A DNA stretch of 64,000 nt from an uncultured Flavobacterium sp. GTDB taxonomy: Bacteria > Bacteroidota > Bacteroidia > Flavobacteriales > Flavobacteriaceae. The translations under genes and the position numbers were made by a program. The notes below the pieces were generated by a model. That model was not told where the DNA came from and did not search any database. It was given only the letters and a program-made list of their open reading frames with translations. Each line of letters begins with the position of its first letter. Position 1 is the stretch's first letter. The stretch is from the NCBI GenBank assembly GCA_964292845.1, contig CAXYWC010000003.1, positions 8,734-72,733 on the forward strand. The letters are read 5' to 3'. This document shows, piece after piece, positions 10,305 through 21,743 of the stretch.

Positions 10305-12314
10305 ATGAAATTAGATTCAAAAATACCAGAAGGAGAAATTTCCAAAAAATGGACCGATTATAAAGACCATCTAAAATTGGTTGCACCAAACAACCGCCCA
10401 AAAATTGATATTATTGTTGTAGGAACAGGATTAGCTGGAGCATCAGCAGCAGCATCGTTTGGAGAAATGGGGTACAATGTAAAAGCCTTTTGTTTTCAAG
10501 ATTCACCACGTCGTGCGCACTCCATTGCGGCACAAGGAGGGATCAATGCAGCAAAAAATTATCAAAATGATGGCGATAGCGTTTTTAGATTATTTTATGA
10601 TACTATAAAAGGAGGCGATTATCGTGCTCGCGAAGCTAATGTGCATCGTCTAGCAGAAGTTTCAGGAAATATTATCGATCAATGTGTGGCTCAAGGGGTT
10701 CCATTTGCCCGTGATTATGGTGGAAATTTAGACAACCGTTCGTTTGGTGGTACGCAAGTACAACGTACTTTTTATGCCGCAGGACAAACAGGACAACAAT
10801 TATTATTAGGAGCTTATTCTGCTTTGTCAAGACAAATCGGATTGGGTCGTGTCAAAATGTACAACCGTCACGAAATGCTAGAATTGGTAAAAGTGGACGG
10901 AAAAGCGCGTGGTATTATAGCACGTGATTTAGTTACTGGTGAAATCGAAAGACATTCGGCTCACGCAGTAATCATTGCAACAGGGGGTTACGGAAACGTT
11001 TATTTCCTTTCAACCAATGCTATGGGAAGTAATGTAACTGCTGGCTGGAAAGTACACAAACAAGGTGCTGCATTTGCCAATCCATGTTATGTTCAAATTC
11101 ACCCAACTTGTATTCCTGTTCACGGCACAAACCAATCAAAATTAACCTTAATGTCTGAGTCGTTACGAAATTCAGGTCGTATTTGGGTGCCAAAGAAAAA
11201 AGAAGATGCTGAAGCTATTCGTGCTGGTAAATTAAAACCAACACAAATTGCGGAAGAGGATAGAGATTATTATTTAGAAAGACGTTACCCTGCGTTTGGA
11301 AACCTAGTACCTCGTGACGTTGCGTCTAGAGCAGCAAAAGAACGATGCGATGCTGGTTTTGGTATCGAAGCTAATGATACTAATGAAGGAGTTTACTTAG
11401 ATTTCTCTACCGAAATTCAAAACAAAGGAAAACAAGCCGCTTACGCCAAAGGAAATCATAATCCTTCAGCAGACGAAATTACCAAACTTGGAAAACAATG
11501 GTTGGAAGAAAAATACGGTAACTTATTTACCATGTATCAAAAAATTACCGACGAAAATCCCTACGAAACACCAATGAAAATTTATCCAGCGGTGCACTAC
11601 ACCATGGGTGGTGTTTGGGTTGATTATAACTTACAATCTACTATTCCAGGATGTTTCGTAGCTGGAGAAGCTAATTTCTCTGATCACGGAGCAAACAGAC
11701 TAGGAGCTTCTGCCTTAATGCAAGGTTTGGCCGATGGGTATTTCGTTCTTCCTTACACCGTTTCTGATTATTTAGCAGATGACATTCGTACAGGAAAAAT
11801 CTCAACGGATTTACCTGAATTTATTGAAGCAGAAAGCAGAGTAAAAGAGTCTATTTCTAAATTTTTAAGTAACAACGGAACCAAAACTGTAGATCATTTT
11901 CACAAACGTTTAGGTTTAATCATGTGGAATAAAGTAGGAATGGGTAGAAACGCGCAAGGATTAACCGAAGCGGTTTCTGAAATTGCTGCTTTAAAAGAAG
12001 AATTCTACAAAGATGTTTATGTGCCTGGTTCTGCCGACGAGTTGAATCCAGAATTAGAAAAAGCACTTCGAGTTGCCGATTTTATCGAATTAGGACAATT
12101 AATGGCAATGGATGGTTTGCAACGTAAAGAATCTTGTGGTGGTCACTTCCGTGAAGAATATCAAGATGCCGAAGGAGAAACACTTCGTGACGATGAAAAC
12201 TTCAAATTTGTTGGCGCTTGGGAATACAAAGGCGACGACATTAGCAAAGAAGAGCTTCACAAAGAAGAATTGAAATACGAGTTTATCAAAATAGCCGCAA
12301 GAAATTATAAATAA
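10305..12314 (+). CDS. sdhA: Succinate dehydrogenase/fumarate reductase flavoprotein subunit
   Basis: [11 protein letters not shown] motif, [13 protein letters not shown] covalent-FAD His motif, [25 protein letters not shown] 10305 preferred over 10239. Confidence 0.97.
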   Translation: MKLDSKIPEGEISKKWTDYKDHLKLVAPNNRPKIDIIVVGTGLAGASAAASFGEMGYNVKAFCFQDSPRRAHSIAAQGGINAAKNYQNDGDSVFRLFYDTIKGGDYRAREANVHRLAEVSGNIIDQCVAQGVPFARDYGGNLDNRSFGGTQVQRTFYAAGQTGQQLLLGAYSALSRQIGLGRVKMYNRHEMLELVKVDGKARGIIARDLVTGEIERHSAHAVIIATGGYGNVYFLSTNAMGSNVTAGWKVHKQGAAFANPCYVQIHPTCIPVHGTNQSKLTLMSESLRNSGRIWVPKKKEDAEAIRAGKLKPTQIAEEDRDYYLERRYPAFGNLVPRDVASRAAKERCDAGFGIEANDTNEGVYLDFSTEIQNKGKQAAYAKGNHNPSADEITKLGKQWLEEKYGNLFTMYQKITDENPYETPMKIYPAVHYTMGGVWVDYNLQSTIPGCFVAGEANFSDHGANRLGASALMQGLADGYFVLPYTVSDYLADDIRTGKISTDLPEFIEAESRVKESISKFLSNNGTKTVDHFHKRLGLIMWNKVGMGRNAQGLTEAVSEIAALKEEFYKDVYVPGSADELNPELEKALRVADFIELGQLMAMDGLQRKESCGGHFREEYQDAEGETLRDDENFKFVGAWEYKGDDISKEELHKEELKYEFIKIAARNYK

Positions 12315-12321
12315 TAGAGTT

Positions 12322-13083
12322 ATGAGCGCAGCAAAAAATATCAATATAACCCTAAAAATTTGGCGTCAGAAAAACTCCAAAGCAAAAGGAAATTTAGAAA
12401 CGTACACATTAAATGAAGTTTCTACAGCAAGTTCGTTTTTGGAAATGTTAGACCAATTGAACGAGCAATTAGTAAACGACAGAAAAGAACCTATTGCTTT
12501 TGACCACGATTGTCGTGAAGGAATTTGCGGTATGTGTTCGCTATACATCAACGGTCGTGCCCATGGTCCAGACACAGGAATTACAACTTGCCAATTGCAC
12601 ATGAGAATGTTCAAAGACGGCGACACAATTTTTGTAGAACCATGGAGAAGTAAAGCATTCCCAGTAATCAAAGATTTAGTAGTGGACAGAACTGCTTTCG
12701 ATAGAATTCAGCAAGCGGGCGGTTTTGTATCGGTAAACACCTCTGGAAACACAATTGATGCTAATGCAACACCAATCAACAAAGACGATGCCGACAAATC
12801 ATTTGAAGCAGCAGCTTGTATTGGTTGTGGTGCTTGTGTAGCTACTTGTAAAAACGGTTCGGCTATGCTATTTGTTGGGGCAAAAGTGTCGCAATATGCG
12901 TTATTACCACAAGGAAAAATTGAAGCAACAAACCGTGTTTTAAACATGGTGCGTCAAATGGATGAAGAAGGTTTCGGTAATTGTACCAATACGGGTGCTT
13001 GCGAAATTGAATGTCCAAAAGGAATTTCATTAGAGAATATTGCAAGAATGAACAGAGAATACCTTTTTGCAAGTTTAAAATAA
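12322..13083 (+). CDS. sdhB: Succinate dehydrogenase/fumarate reductase Fe-S subunit
   Basis: [20 protein letters not shown] and [12 protein letters not shown] cluster motifs. Confidence 0.97.
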   Translation: MSAAKNINITLKIWRQKNSKAKGNLETYTLNEVSTASSFLEMLDQLNEQLVNDRKEPIAFDHDCREGICGMCSLYINGRAHGPDTGITTCQLHMRMFKDGDTIFVEPWRSKAFPVIKDLVVDRTAFDRIQQAGGFVSVNTSGNTIDANATPINKDDADKSFEAAACIGCGACVATCKNGSAMLFVGAKVSQYALLPQGKIEATNRVLNMVRQMDEEGFGNCTNTGACEIECPKGISLENIARMNREYLFASLK

Positions 13084-13118
13084 CACCCTAATTATCCTTT
13101 CAGAAAAGGAAAAATAGC

Positions 13119-13149
13119 AAACGCATCCATTTATTTGGATGCGTTTTTT
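13119..13149 (+). terminator. Intrinsic terminator of sdhCAB
   Basis: ACGCATCCA-6 nt-TGGATGCGT followed by a T tract. Confidence 0.8.
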
Positions 13150-13164
13150 GTTTATTTTTATACC

Positions 13165-13938
13165 ATGAAAATCGCAATCATTCAAGCTACACTTTATTGG
13201 GAAAATCCAACTGCAAACAGGAACTATTTCGAAGAAAAAATCAATTCAATTACAGAAAAAATAGATTTAATTGTGCTTCCAGAAATGTTTACTTCGGGTT
13301 TTACAATGAATCCGTTTGCCGTTGCCGAAACCATGCAAGGCGAAACCATGCAAGTATTGAAAAAGTTGGCAATCGCAAAAAAATGTGCCATTACAGGAAG
13401 TATCGTAATTACAGAAAACAACAGCTTCTACAACCGATTGGTTTTTGTTTTTCCAACAGGAGAAATCGAATATTACGACAAAAAACATTTGTTCACATTA
13501 GCTGGAGAAGACAAAGTGTACTCCACTGGAAATCAAAAGATAATTGTAAACTATAAAGATTTCAAAATCTGTCCACTAATTTGTTATGATTTGCGTTTTC
13601 CTGTTTTTTCTCGAAACACGGAGGATTATGACATCTTAATCTACGTGGCAAACTGGCCAAAACCAAGAATAAACGCTTGGAATATACTGCTAAAAGCAAG
13701 GGCTGTCGAAAACATGTGCTACACTATTGGTGTCAATCGAATAGGATTTGATGCAAATAATCATGAATATATTGGGCACTCTCAAGCCATCGATTTTCTT
13801 GGAAATTATCTACTCGAACCTCAAGAAAAAGAAGGTGTTTTTATACTATACCTAGATAAAGACAAGATGCTAGAAAACAGAAAGAGATTCGGATTTCTAA
13901 ACGACAAAGATGTTTTTAAATTACAGTCTTTTAATTAG
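13165..13938 (+). CDS. Nitrilase-superfamily amidohydrolase (omega-amidase/YafV-like)
   Basis: Catalytic E-K-C triad: LPEMF, YDKKHLF, ICYDLRFP. ATG 13165 preferred because 13135 lies in the terminator. Confidence 0.88.
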   Translation: MKIAIIQATLYWENPTANRNYFEEKINSITEKIDLIVLPEMFTSGFTMNPFAVAETMQGETMQVLKKLAIAKKCAITGSIVITENNSFYNRLVFVFPTGEIEYYDKKHLFTLAGEDKVYSTGNQKIIVNYKDFKICPLICYDLRFPVFSRNTEDYDILIYVANWPKPRINAWNILLKARAVENMCYTIGVNRIGFDANNHEYIGHSQAIDFLGNYLLEPQEKEGVFILYLDKDKMLENRKRFGFLNDKDVFKLQSFN

Positions 13939-13990
13939 AGCACATCTCCATAAAGATTCTTATTTTTGTATTTCCCAAATCTAGTACAAT

Positions 13991-14929
13991 ATGAAAATTC
14001 TAAAAAAAGCACTCCTACTCGTGTTGTTTAGCTGCGTAACTGTATCAGTAAATGCGCAAGAATCGGAAAGTCGTTCTATGGAAGACATTATGAACGCGCC
14101 AAATCCAGAAAAATACAAAGAACTCAATTTAAACAACAGAAGTTTAACTAAACTTCCACCTGAAATTGGTCGTTTTGTGAACCTTGAAAAACTATGGTTG
14201 AACTATAACAACCTGCAATCGTTGCCTTTTGAAATAGGGAAACTAACTAAATTAAGAGAGCTGTACATCAACAATAATGTGTTTCTAAAATTCCCTATAG
14301 AATTAGGCAAACTAGCCAATCTAGAAAAATTAGAGTTTCAAAAAAATAAAATAGAAGTTGTTTCTCCTTATATAGGAAAATTAAAAAAACTAAAAAAACT
14401 CAACTTTAGCACCAACAAGATTGAGGCAATTCCTGTCGAAATGTTTGGTTTAACTAATTTAACAGAGCTTGTTTTTTTTGACAATAAAATCAAAGTGCTT
14501 CCAGCAGAAATAGGTACTCTGTCTAAATTAACTGTTTTGAATATTGAAAAAAACAACATAACCCTTTTACCTTTGGAAATAGGAAACGTAACCAACTTAG
14601 CAACATTAAATGTAAAAAACAATGCAATCCCAGTTATTCCTATCGAAATAGCAAAACTCACTAATTTGAAAAATTTATTGTTAGAAAAAAATCAATTTAA
14701 AAAATTTCCAGTCGAACTTTGTACGTTAACTAACTTGGCGGCACTTGATTTAGATGATAATCAATTCAAAACGCTTCCTAAAGAAATAATAAATTTAATC
14801 AATCTAAAAGAACTGTATCTAGGTGTAAATCCGTGGGTAGGTTTTCCAGAAACGATTTATCCTTTTTTAGAGAAACTAGAATTCGGACAAGCCTCATTAG
14901 TTAAAAAATTGATTCAAACGAAATTGTAA
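13991..14929 (+). CDS. Exported leucine-rich repeat protein
   Basis: Signal peptide ..SVNA-Q. About 11 tandem 23-aa repeats LxxLxLxxNxLxxLPxEIGxLx. Confidence 0.9.
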   Translation: MKILKKALLLVLFSCVTVSVNAQESESRSMEDIMNAPNPEKYKELNLNNRSLTKLPPEIGRFVNLEKLWLNYNNLQSLPFEIGKLTKLRELYINNNVFLKFPIELGKLANLEKLEFQKNKIEVVSPYIGKLKKLKKLNFSTNKIEAIPVEMFGLTNLTELVFFDNKIKVLPAEIGTLSKLTVLNIEKNNITLLPLEIGNVTNLATLNVKNNAIPVIPIEIAKLTNLKNLLLEKNQFKKFPVELCTLTNLAALDLDDNQFKTLPKEIINLINLKELYLGVNPWVGFPETIYPFLEKLEFGQASLVKKLIQTKL

Positions 14930-15147
14930 CATTGTCAAAAACGACTCATAACGGAACCTTTTTTGCATACTTCCAAATGGTACAATTTGCAAATCTAAGA
15001 TAAATGATTTTTAGAGGCTGAAAGCAAAAGCCAAACAGAGTAGATAATTAATGTATTTTGGCTACTAAAATTATTGTTTTAGCACTAAAAACTATAAAAA
15101 ACAAACAAAATGCAAAAACGCAATATTCTCTAAATAAGTTATTTAAA

Positions 15148-15178
15148 TTGGGCTAAATCAGTTAAAATTGTAAATTTG
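15148..15178 (+). promoter_or_regulatory. Bacteroidota promoter of pgi
   Basis: TTG at 15148-15150 and TAAATTTG at 15171-15178. Confidence 0.55.
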
Positions 15179-15201
15179 CATTTTAATTCAAATCAGATAA
15201 A

Positions 15202-16848
15202 ATGGCCTTACAAACTATAAATCCCACAAAAACAAAAGCTTGGCAAGAACTCGAAAAACATTTTCAAGAAGCAAAACAAATTGTTATGCAAGAAATGTTT
15301 CAAGAAGACGCATCTAGGGCTGAAAAATTTCACATTAAATGGGATAAATTTCTTGTGGATTATTCCAAAAACAGAATCAATCAAAAAACAATAGATTTAC
15401 TTTTAAATTTAGCAAAAGAAATTGGACTGAAAGAAGCTATCAACTCCTACTTTTCGGGCGAAAATATCAATCAAACTGAGGATAGAGCCGTTTTGCACAC
15501 AGCACTAAGAGCAAATCAAAACGAAACAATTTTAGTAAACAATAAAAATATAATTCCAGAAATTTTTGAAGTAAAAGACAAAATAAAATTATTTTCGGAA
15601 GATATCATTTCAGGAAACAAAAAAGGGTTTACAGGCAAAGCATTTACTGATATTGTAAACATAGGTATTGGCGGTTCAGACTTAGGCCCTGTAATGATTG
15701 TGGAAGCCCTTCAATTTTATAAAAACCATCTAAACACTCATTTTGTATCTAATGTCGATGGGGATCATGTAACTGAGATTATTAAAAAACTAAATCCAGA
15801 AACAACACTGTTTGTCATTGTTTCTAAAACCTTTACCACACAAGAAACATTAACCAACTCAGAAACCATAAAAAATTGGTTTCTACAATTTGCTTCCCAA
15901 GAAGATGTAGCAAAGCATTTTGTGGCTGTTTCTACCAATATCAAAAATGTAACTCAATTTGGCATTGCCGAAAACAATATTTTCCCAATGTGGGATTGGG
16001 TTGGAGGACGATTTTCCTTATGGAGTGCGGTAGGACTAACCATCAGTCTAGCCATTGGATTTGACAATTTCGACCAATTATTGTTTGGCGCAAACAAAAT
16101 GGACACGCATTTTAAAACCGAATCTTTTGATAAAAACATTCCTGTAATGCTAGCTTTGTTAAGTATATGGTATAATAATTTTTTTGGTGCCGAAAGCGAA
16201 GCTATTATTCCGTACACACAATATTTGCAAAAACTAGCGCCTTATTTACAACAAGGTATTATGGAAAGCAACGGAAAAAGTACAGGTCGCGACGGTAATC
16301 CCGTAAATTATCAAACCGGAACGATTGTTTGGGGAGAACCTGGAACAAATTCGCAACACGCTTTTTTTCAACTCATTCACCAAGGCACAAAACTTATTCC
16401 TACCGATTTTATAGGATATGTAAATCCATTATACGGCAACAAAGACCATCACAACAAGTTGATGTCTAATTTTTTTGCACAAACAGAAGCTTTATTGCAA
16501 GGAAAAACGCCAAAACAAGTAACTTCCGAATTCGAAAAACAAGGTGTTTCGCCTGAAAGAGCTGCTTTTTTACTTCCTTTTAAAGTTTTTGAAGGAAACA
16601 AACCCACTAATACATTTCTAATAGATTCGCTAACTCCAGAAACGCTAGGCTCGTTAGTGGCTATGTACGAACATAAAATATTTGTGCAAGGTATTGTTTG
16701 GAATATTTTCAGTTACGATCAGTGGGGAGTCGAACTAGGAAAACAACTGGCAACGTCTATATTAGAAGAAATTAACCAAAAAAGTGTAGGAAATCACGAT
16801 GAATCAACAGGCTTTTTATTAACGTATTTCGTGAATAATAGTCAGTAA
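15202..16848 (+). CDS. pgi: Glucose-6-phosphate isomerase
   Basis: [50 protein letters not shown]. Confidence 0.98.
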   Translation: MALQTINPTKTKAWQELEKHFQEAKQIVMQEMFQEDASRAEKFHIKWDKFLVDYSKNRINQKTIDLLLNLAKEIGLKEAINSYFSGENINQTEDRAVLHTALRANQNETILVNNKNIIPEIFEVKDKIKLFSEDIISGNKKGFTGKAFTDIVNIGIGGSDLGPVMIVEALQFYKNHLNTHFVSNVDGDHVTEIIKKLNPETTLFVIVSKTFTTQETLTNSETIKNWFLQFASQEDVAKHFVAVSTNIKNVTQFGIAENNIFPMWDWVGGRFSLWSAVGLTISLAIGFDNFDQLLFGANKMDTHFKTESFDKNIPVMLALLSIWYNNFFGAESEAIIPYTQYLQKLAPYLQQGIMESNGKSTGRDGNPVNYQTGTIVWGEPGTNSQHAFFQLIHQGTKLIPTDFIGYVNPLYGNKDHHNKLMSNFFAQTEALLQGKTPKQVTSEFEKQGVSPERAAFLLPFKVFEGNKPTNTFLIDSLTPETLGSLVAMYEHKIFVQGIVWNIFSYDQWGVELGKQLATSILEEINQKSVGNHDESTGFLLTYFVNNSQ

Positions 16849-17013
16849 AAACGAGTTAAATCAATATTTTTGTTATTTTATTTCTTTAAAACAAGAAAAT
16901 ATTAAATATAACATAAATTTTGAATTATAGAAAAAAATACAATATTAACGGTTTATTAACATCTATAAAAATATATTGACAGACCTTTGTGAAAATTTTA
17001 TAAATCAAATTGT

Positions 17014-20000
17014 ATGAAAAAAGTATTCTTTCTTTTTCTTTTATTTTTATCCACTTTGGGATTTTCTCAGGTTACGAAGTCTTCGATTTCGGGTACTGTA
17101 AAATCAAACAAAGGAGAATTGTTGCCAGGAGCAACAATTGAGGTTACACACCAGCCTACAGGAACACGATATTTTGCAAATACTGACTATACTGGTAGTT
17201 ATGCGGTTCCAGCTATTAGACCAGGAGGTCCGTATTTAGTTAAAGTTTCTTTTTTAGGTTTTAAAACAGCTGAAGTAACAGATGTAAATGCTCCTTTAGG
17301 AAGCAATATAAACTTAAATATAGTGCTACAAAATGAGCTAAACGCTTTAGAAGAAGTAGTGGTGGCGGTTAAAAAACCAAACAGTGCTTTCTCTAAAGGG
17401 CGAACGGGTGCTTCACAACAATTTTCTAGTAGAGAAATAAATGCAGTACCAGTTTTAGGAGCTCGCTCTATAAGCTCTATTACAAAATACAACGCAAATG
17501 GTAGCAATAACGGTTCATTTGGAGGACAAGATTCTCGTATGAACAATTTTACCATTGATGGATCTGCTTTTAATGACGGTTTTGGTCTTGGAAACACGGC
17601 GCAAGCGGGAGGAAGAACAGGTTCTACGGCTATTTCACTTGATGCAATCGAGCAAGTACAAGTAAATATTGCACCATTTGATGTGCGCCAATCAGGATTT
17701 ACAGGAACAGGAATCAATGCCGTAACCCGTAGTGGTACGAATGATGTTGAAGCCTCTATTTTCCATTCGTTTAGAAATAATAAAAAAGAATTTATTGGTA
17801 CAAAAGCTGGGAAAGTGGCTATTGAACCAGCAAATTTTGACGAAAAAGTATTTGGTTTTCGTGTAGGAGCTCCCATTATCAAAAATAAATTATTCTTATT
17901 TCTTAATGGAGAAAAAATAGACAACACCACTCCTGCTTCTTCTTGGACTACGGTTGATTCGCCACAAAATGGTTCGCAAGTTTCGGCGCCAACAACGGCA
18001 CAAATGCAAACACTTTCTACTTTTTTGAAAGACAAATTTAATTACACAACTGGTCCTTGGCAAAATTATGATGCAGTAAAAGAATCTAAAAAATTTCTTG
18101 CTCGTTTAGATTACAACATCAACGACAATCACAAATTGACGGTTCGATACATTCATCATGATTCTTACGCAGATCAGTCTGTGTCAAACTCAAATTCAAT
18201 TGGATTTGGAAACAGAGTTGGAAACCTTTCGTTAGCCTACAAAAACAGTGGCTATATTATTAAAGATAACTCTAGATCGATTGCTGTAGAATTAGATAGC
18301 AAATTGTCAGACAAATGGAATAACAACTTTATTGCAGGTTATGATTACCAAAATGAGGATCGTGATATGCAAAAAGGAGCTAGTTTATTTCCTACCATAG
18401 ATATTAAAAATGGCGTACCGAATGCATTACCACTAACGGGTTACACTACAGGTAATGCTACCTTTATATCAGCAGGTCTAGATCCATTTACAAAAGGAAA
18501 TTTGTTAGACTATTCTACATTGCACATTACAAACAACTTAACAAGACATTCTGGAAACCACACTTTTGTGTTGGGAGCTAACTACGAACGTTTCAAATCG
18601 AACAACTCGTTTTTCCCAGGATCGAATGGAGCTTATGTGTTTAACTCGTTAGACGAATTTTATTTAGCAGCTAATGAATCTTTAGCATTAGGAGGAGCTC
18701 CTTCAACCGCTAATCTTCCAGTTAGAACTCAGTTTAGATATTCAGCCTTACCAGGCGGAGCAGAACCTTTGCAAATATTAAAATCGCACAAACTAGATTT
18801 GTACGCTCAAGATGAGATTAAAGTATATTCAAATTTCAGAGTAACTTTAGGTCTTAGAGCTTCAAGAGTTTCGTTTGAAGATACGGCTTTAGAGAATACT
18901 GCCGTAACGGCAATGACTTTTGCCAATGGCGAAAAATTTAATACGGGCGAAATGGCAAAAACACAATATCTTTTTGAACCCCGATTGGGTTTCAATTTAG
19001 ATGTTACTGGCGATGCTAAAACACAAGTTCGTGGAGGAACAGGAATTTTCTCAGGAAGACCTCCTATGGTTTACTTATCTAATGCCATTGGTGGTAATGG
19101 AGTATTGACAGGATTAGTTGATGCTAGTGGTGATGCTTTAATAGCTGGAAATTACGGATTTACCGCAAACCCAAGCCAATATTTTACACCCTCAACTACA
19201 GTAGCGCCAACATCAAACTTTGATTTATCATTTACAGATAGAAATTTCAAATTTCCTCAAGCTTGGAAAACTACTTTGGCTATAGATCAAAAATTACCTT
19301 TTGGATTTGTAGGTACGGTAGAAGGAATTTTCAGTAAAAACATCAACGAAGTTTTCTACTACAACAGTAACTTAGCAAATCCAGTAGGGACACTAAACGG
19401 ATCTATAAGTGGCGACAACAGGCCTGTTTTTGCGGGTACCGATGCTGGAAACAGAATAAACAATGGTGTTATTAACGGAATTGTATTGTCTAATTCTAAC
19501 CAAGGCTATTTTTATTCAACTACATTCAAATTAGATTATCCGTACAAAAATGGACTTTGGGGTTCAGTTTCCTATACCCGTTCTTTTGCTGAAGATTTAA
19601 TGTCACCTAGTTCTACTGCTTCAGGTAATTTCAACTTAATTAGATCGGTAAATGGTAACAATAGCCCTATGTTATCACAATCAAATAACAGTGCGCCACA
19701 CCGAATTGTAGGGGTTTTAGGATACAAAATTGATTATGGTAGAAAACTAGGCGGTGCAACTTCTATTAATTTAGGCTACATTGGAGAGCAATCTAGTCCC
19801 TTTTCATATACCTATTCTGGTAACGTAAATGGAGACGGAATAAATGGTAACGATTTGTTATACATTCCAAACAAAGCCTCTGATTTGCGTTTTGTAGATA
19901 TTACACAAAATGTAGGAGGATCTACTTTGGTTCTTTACACAGCAGCACAGCAAGAAGCCGCTTTTGATGCTTACATCAATCAAGATTCTTATTTATCAAC

Positions 20001-20379
20001 AAAAAGAGGGCAATATGTAGATAGAAATGCTAGTGTTTTGCCAATGCTACACAAAATAGATTTATCTATTACACAAGATGTGTATATCAAAATAGGAGGA
20101 AAAAAGAATAGCTTTCAGTTTAGAGCCGACATATTAAACTTTACCAACTTATTAAACAGAGATTGGGGAGTTACACAAAGAGCTTCTGTAGCTTCAAACC
20201 TTTTGGTAGTTAGTCAAGCACCATCTAGTAGTAACAACTACATTCCAGGTTACCAAATGGGATTTCAAACCGATGAACAAGGAAAAAGATACTTAGCGAA
20301 AGAAACGTTCCAAAAAAATGCTTCTATCACGGATGTGTGGCAAGCACAATTTACTATCCGATATACTTTTGGTAAATAA
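17014..20379 (+). CDS. Oar-like TonB-dependent receptor with N-terminal carboxypeptidase-regulatory-like domain
   Basis: Signal peptide; SSISGTVKS..LPGATI N-domain; plug motifs NNFTIDG and ISLDAIEQVQVNIAPFDVRQSGFTGTGINAVTRSG; beta-barrel pattern; C-terminal YTF. Confidence 0.88.
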   Translation: MKKVFFLFLLFLSTLGFSQVTKSSISGTVKSNKGELLPGATIEVTHQPTGTRYFANTDYTGSYAVPAIRPGGPYLVKVSFLGFKTAEVTDVNAPLGSNINLNIVLQNELNALEEVVVAVKKPNSAFSKGRTGASQQFSSREINAVPVLGARSISSITKYNANGSNNGSFGGQDSRMNNFTIDGSAFNDGFGLGNTAQAGGRTGSTAISLDAIEQVQVNIAPFDVRQSGFTGTGINAVTRSGTNDVEASIFHSFRNNKKEFIGTKAGKVAIEPANFDEKVFGFRVGAPIIKNKLFLFLNGEKIDNTTPASSWTTVDSPQNGSQVSAPTTAQMQTLSTFLKDKFNYTTGPWQNYDAVKESKKFLARLDYNINDNHKLTVRYIHHDSYADQSVSNSNSIGFGNRVGNLSLAYKNSGYIIKDNSRSIAVELDSKLSDKWNNNFIAGYDYQNEDRDMQKGASLFPTIDIKNGVPNALPLTGYTTGNATFISAGLDPFTKGNLLDYSTLHITNNLTRHSGNHTFVLGANYERFKSNNSFFPGSNGAYVFNSLDEFYLAANESLALGGAPSTANLPVRTQFRYSALPGGAEPLQILKSHKLDLYAQDEIKVYSNFRVTLGLRASRVSFEDTALENTAVTAMTFANGEKFNTGEMAKTQYLFEPRLGFNLDVTGDAKTQVRGGTGIFSGRPPMVYLSNAIGGNGVLTGLVDASGDALIAGNYGFTANPSQYFTPSTTVAPTSNFDLSFTDRNFKFPQAWKTTLAIDQKLPFGFVGTVEGIFSKNINEVFYYNSNLANPVGTLNGSISGDNRPVFAGTDAGNRINNGVINGIVLSNSNQGYFYSTTFKLDYPYKNGLWGSVSYTRSFAEDLMSPSSTASGNFNLIRSVNGNNSPMLSQSNNSAPHRIVGVLGYKIDYGRKLGGATSINLGYIGEQSSPFSYTYSGNVNGDGINGNDLLYIPNKASDLRFVDITQNVGGSTLVLYTAAQQEAAFDAYINQDSYLSTKRGQYVDRNASVLPMLHKIDLSITQDVYIKIGGKKNSFQFRADILNFTNLLNRDWGVTQRASVASNLLVVSQAPSSSNNYIPGYQMGFQTDEQGKRYLAKETFQKNASITDVWQAQFTIRYTFGK

Positions 20380-20405
20380 TACAATTCACATACTAATAAT
20401 TAATT

Positions 20406-21470
20406 ATGAAAAATATGAAAAATCAAATTATAAAATTAATGTTTGCTATAGCACTAGCATTCACCGCATTTTCTTGTACAAGTGATGATACCAACAACGA
20501 AATTGCAAAATTACCAACCATTACAGATACCTTAAAAGCAGATGCAGATTTTAGCGTTTTGGCTGCTGCGGTACGTATTACAGGTATAACCAACTTTAGT
20601 TCAGCAGGATCATATACTGTTTTTGCTCCTACAAATGCTGCTTTTGCTGCTTATACTTCTACTCTATTCCCTTCAGGAATAAACAGCACAACAGTAGTAG
20701 AACCTACCACTATGAGTGCACTTCAAATTGCAGAATTGAAAAAATTACTTCAAAATCATATCTTAGGAGTAGGAACAAAATCAGAAGATTTGTTAGCTGC
20801 AAGATATGTAAAAACTTTTGCTGCAGGAGTAGGAAGTACTACATTGAGTATGTTTGTAAACAAACCAGCTGCTGAAGTTTTAGTAAACGGTGGCGTAACA
20901 AATGGTGGCGCAACAGTTACTGTTGCGGATATTGATGCAAGCAACGGAATTATACACAAAGTTAATGCTGTAATCAAATTACCAAAATTAACAAACCTGA
21001 TTGCTGCAAATCCTAACTTATCAACCTTATACAGTATTGTAACCAGTACCGTTTCAGGAACATATGGAGACCAATCGGCTAATTTAGCTGTTTTGAACGG
21101 AGCTGGTCCAACGACTGTTTTTGCTCCAACAAATGCTGCTTTTACTACCGCAATGGCAACAGGTGGTTTTTACAATGGAGCTATCGTGACTACTGCAAAT
21201 ACTTCTAAATTAGTAAAATACCACATGAATAATACTAACTTAGTTTCTAGTTCTGCTACATCTTGGACATCTTCCTCAGCAACTAGTGATGTTACTATCA
21301 CCACGTTAGCAGCAACAACTCAAAAATTCTTAATTAAAAAAGGTACGTTAAAAATAACTGAATTGCCAGCTATCACTGTTCCTGCAAGTAACATCAAAAC
21401 TGTAAACATTCAAGCTACAAACGGTAATATTCATACTATCGATAGAGTTTTACAACCTATCTTGCCATAA
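20406..21470 (+). CDS. Fasciclin (FAS1) double-domain lipoprotein
   Basis: Lipobox AFS-C then acidic TSDD. Two H1 motifs (YTVFAPTNAAF, TTVFAPTNAAF) and two H2 motifs (NGIIHKVNAVI, NGNIHTIDRVL). The start could be 20415. Confidence 0.9.
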   Translation: MKNMKNQIIKLMFAIALAFTAFSCTSDDTNNEIAKLPTITDTLKADADFSVLAAAVRITGITNFSSAGSYTVFAPTNAAFAAYTSTLFPSGINSTTVVEPTTMSALQIAELKKLLQNHILGVGTKSEDLLAARYVKTFAAGVGSTTLSMFVNKPAAEVLVNGGVTNGGATVTVADIDASNGIIHKVNAVIKLPKLTNLIAANPNLSTLYSIVTSTVSGTYGDQSANLAVLNGAGPTTVFAPTNAAFTTAMATGGFYNGAIVTTANTSKLVKYHMNNTNLVSSSATSWTSSSATSDVTITTLAATTQKFLIKKGTLKITELPAITVPASNIKTVNIQATNGNIHTIDRVLQPILP

Positions 21471-21492
21471 TATTTTTGTAACTCTAAAATAC

Positions 21493-21530
21493 AAGAACCG
21501 CTTAAAACAGTGTTTTAAGCGGTTCTTTTT
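21493..21530 (+). terminator. Intrinsic terminator after the TBDR-fasciclin pair
   Basis: Perfect 16-bp stem AAGAACCGCTTAAAAC-AGT-GTTTTAAGCGGTTCTT plus T tract. Confidence 0.85.
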
Positions 21531-21710
21531 ATAATCTATAATCGTAACCGTGGAAAGCCAAAATCACAAAACGGCATCTCTATAAAATCAAAACAAACCG
21601 ATAAACGAGTATTTATACAATTCAACGATTATTTTTGGTAACAAAATAATAACACATTACTTTTACCCTACCATTACATAAGTAGGTTAAGTTATGGTAA
21701 GATTTGGGGC

Positions 21711-21743
21711 AAAAAAGGCGAAACGAATACTTTCGCCTTTTTT
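21711..21743. terminator. Orphan bidirectional terminator-like hairpin
   Basis: AAAAAAGGCGAAA-CGAATAC-TTTCGCCTTTTTT. Both flanking genes already have their own terminators. Confidence 0.65.

Noticed and set aside
14930-15200. Minus-strand -7-like TAGATTTG (14990-14997) and a 23-aa minus ORF overlapping the LRR gene end
   Set aside because: No -33 element, no recognisable protein similarity and no terminator; cannot be supported.
16906-16934. XerD-arm-like TTATGTTATAT on the minus strand (possible dif site)
   Set aside because: The spacer would be 8 bp, the XerC arm is poor, and the region is extremely AT-rich; most likely chance.
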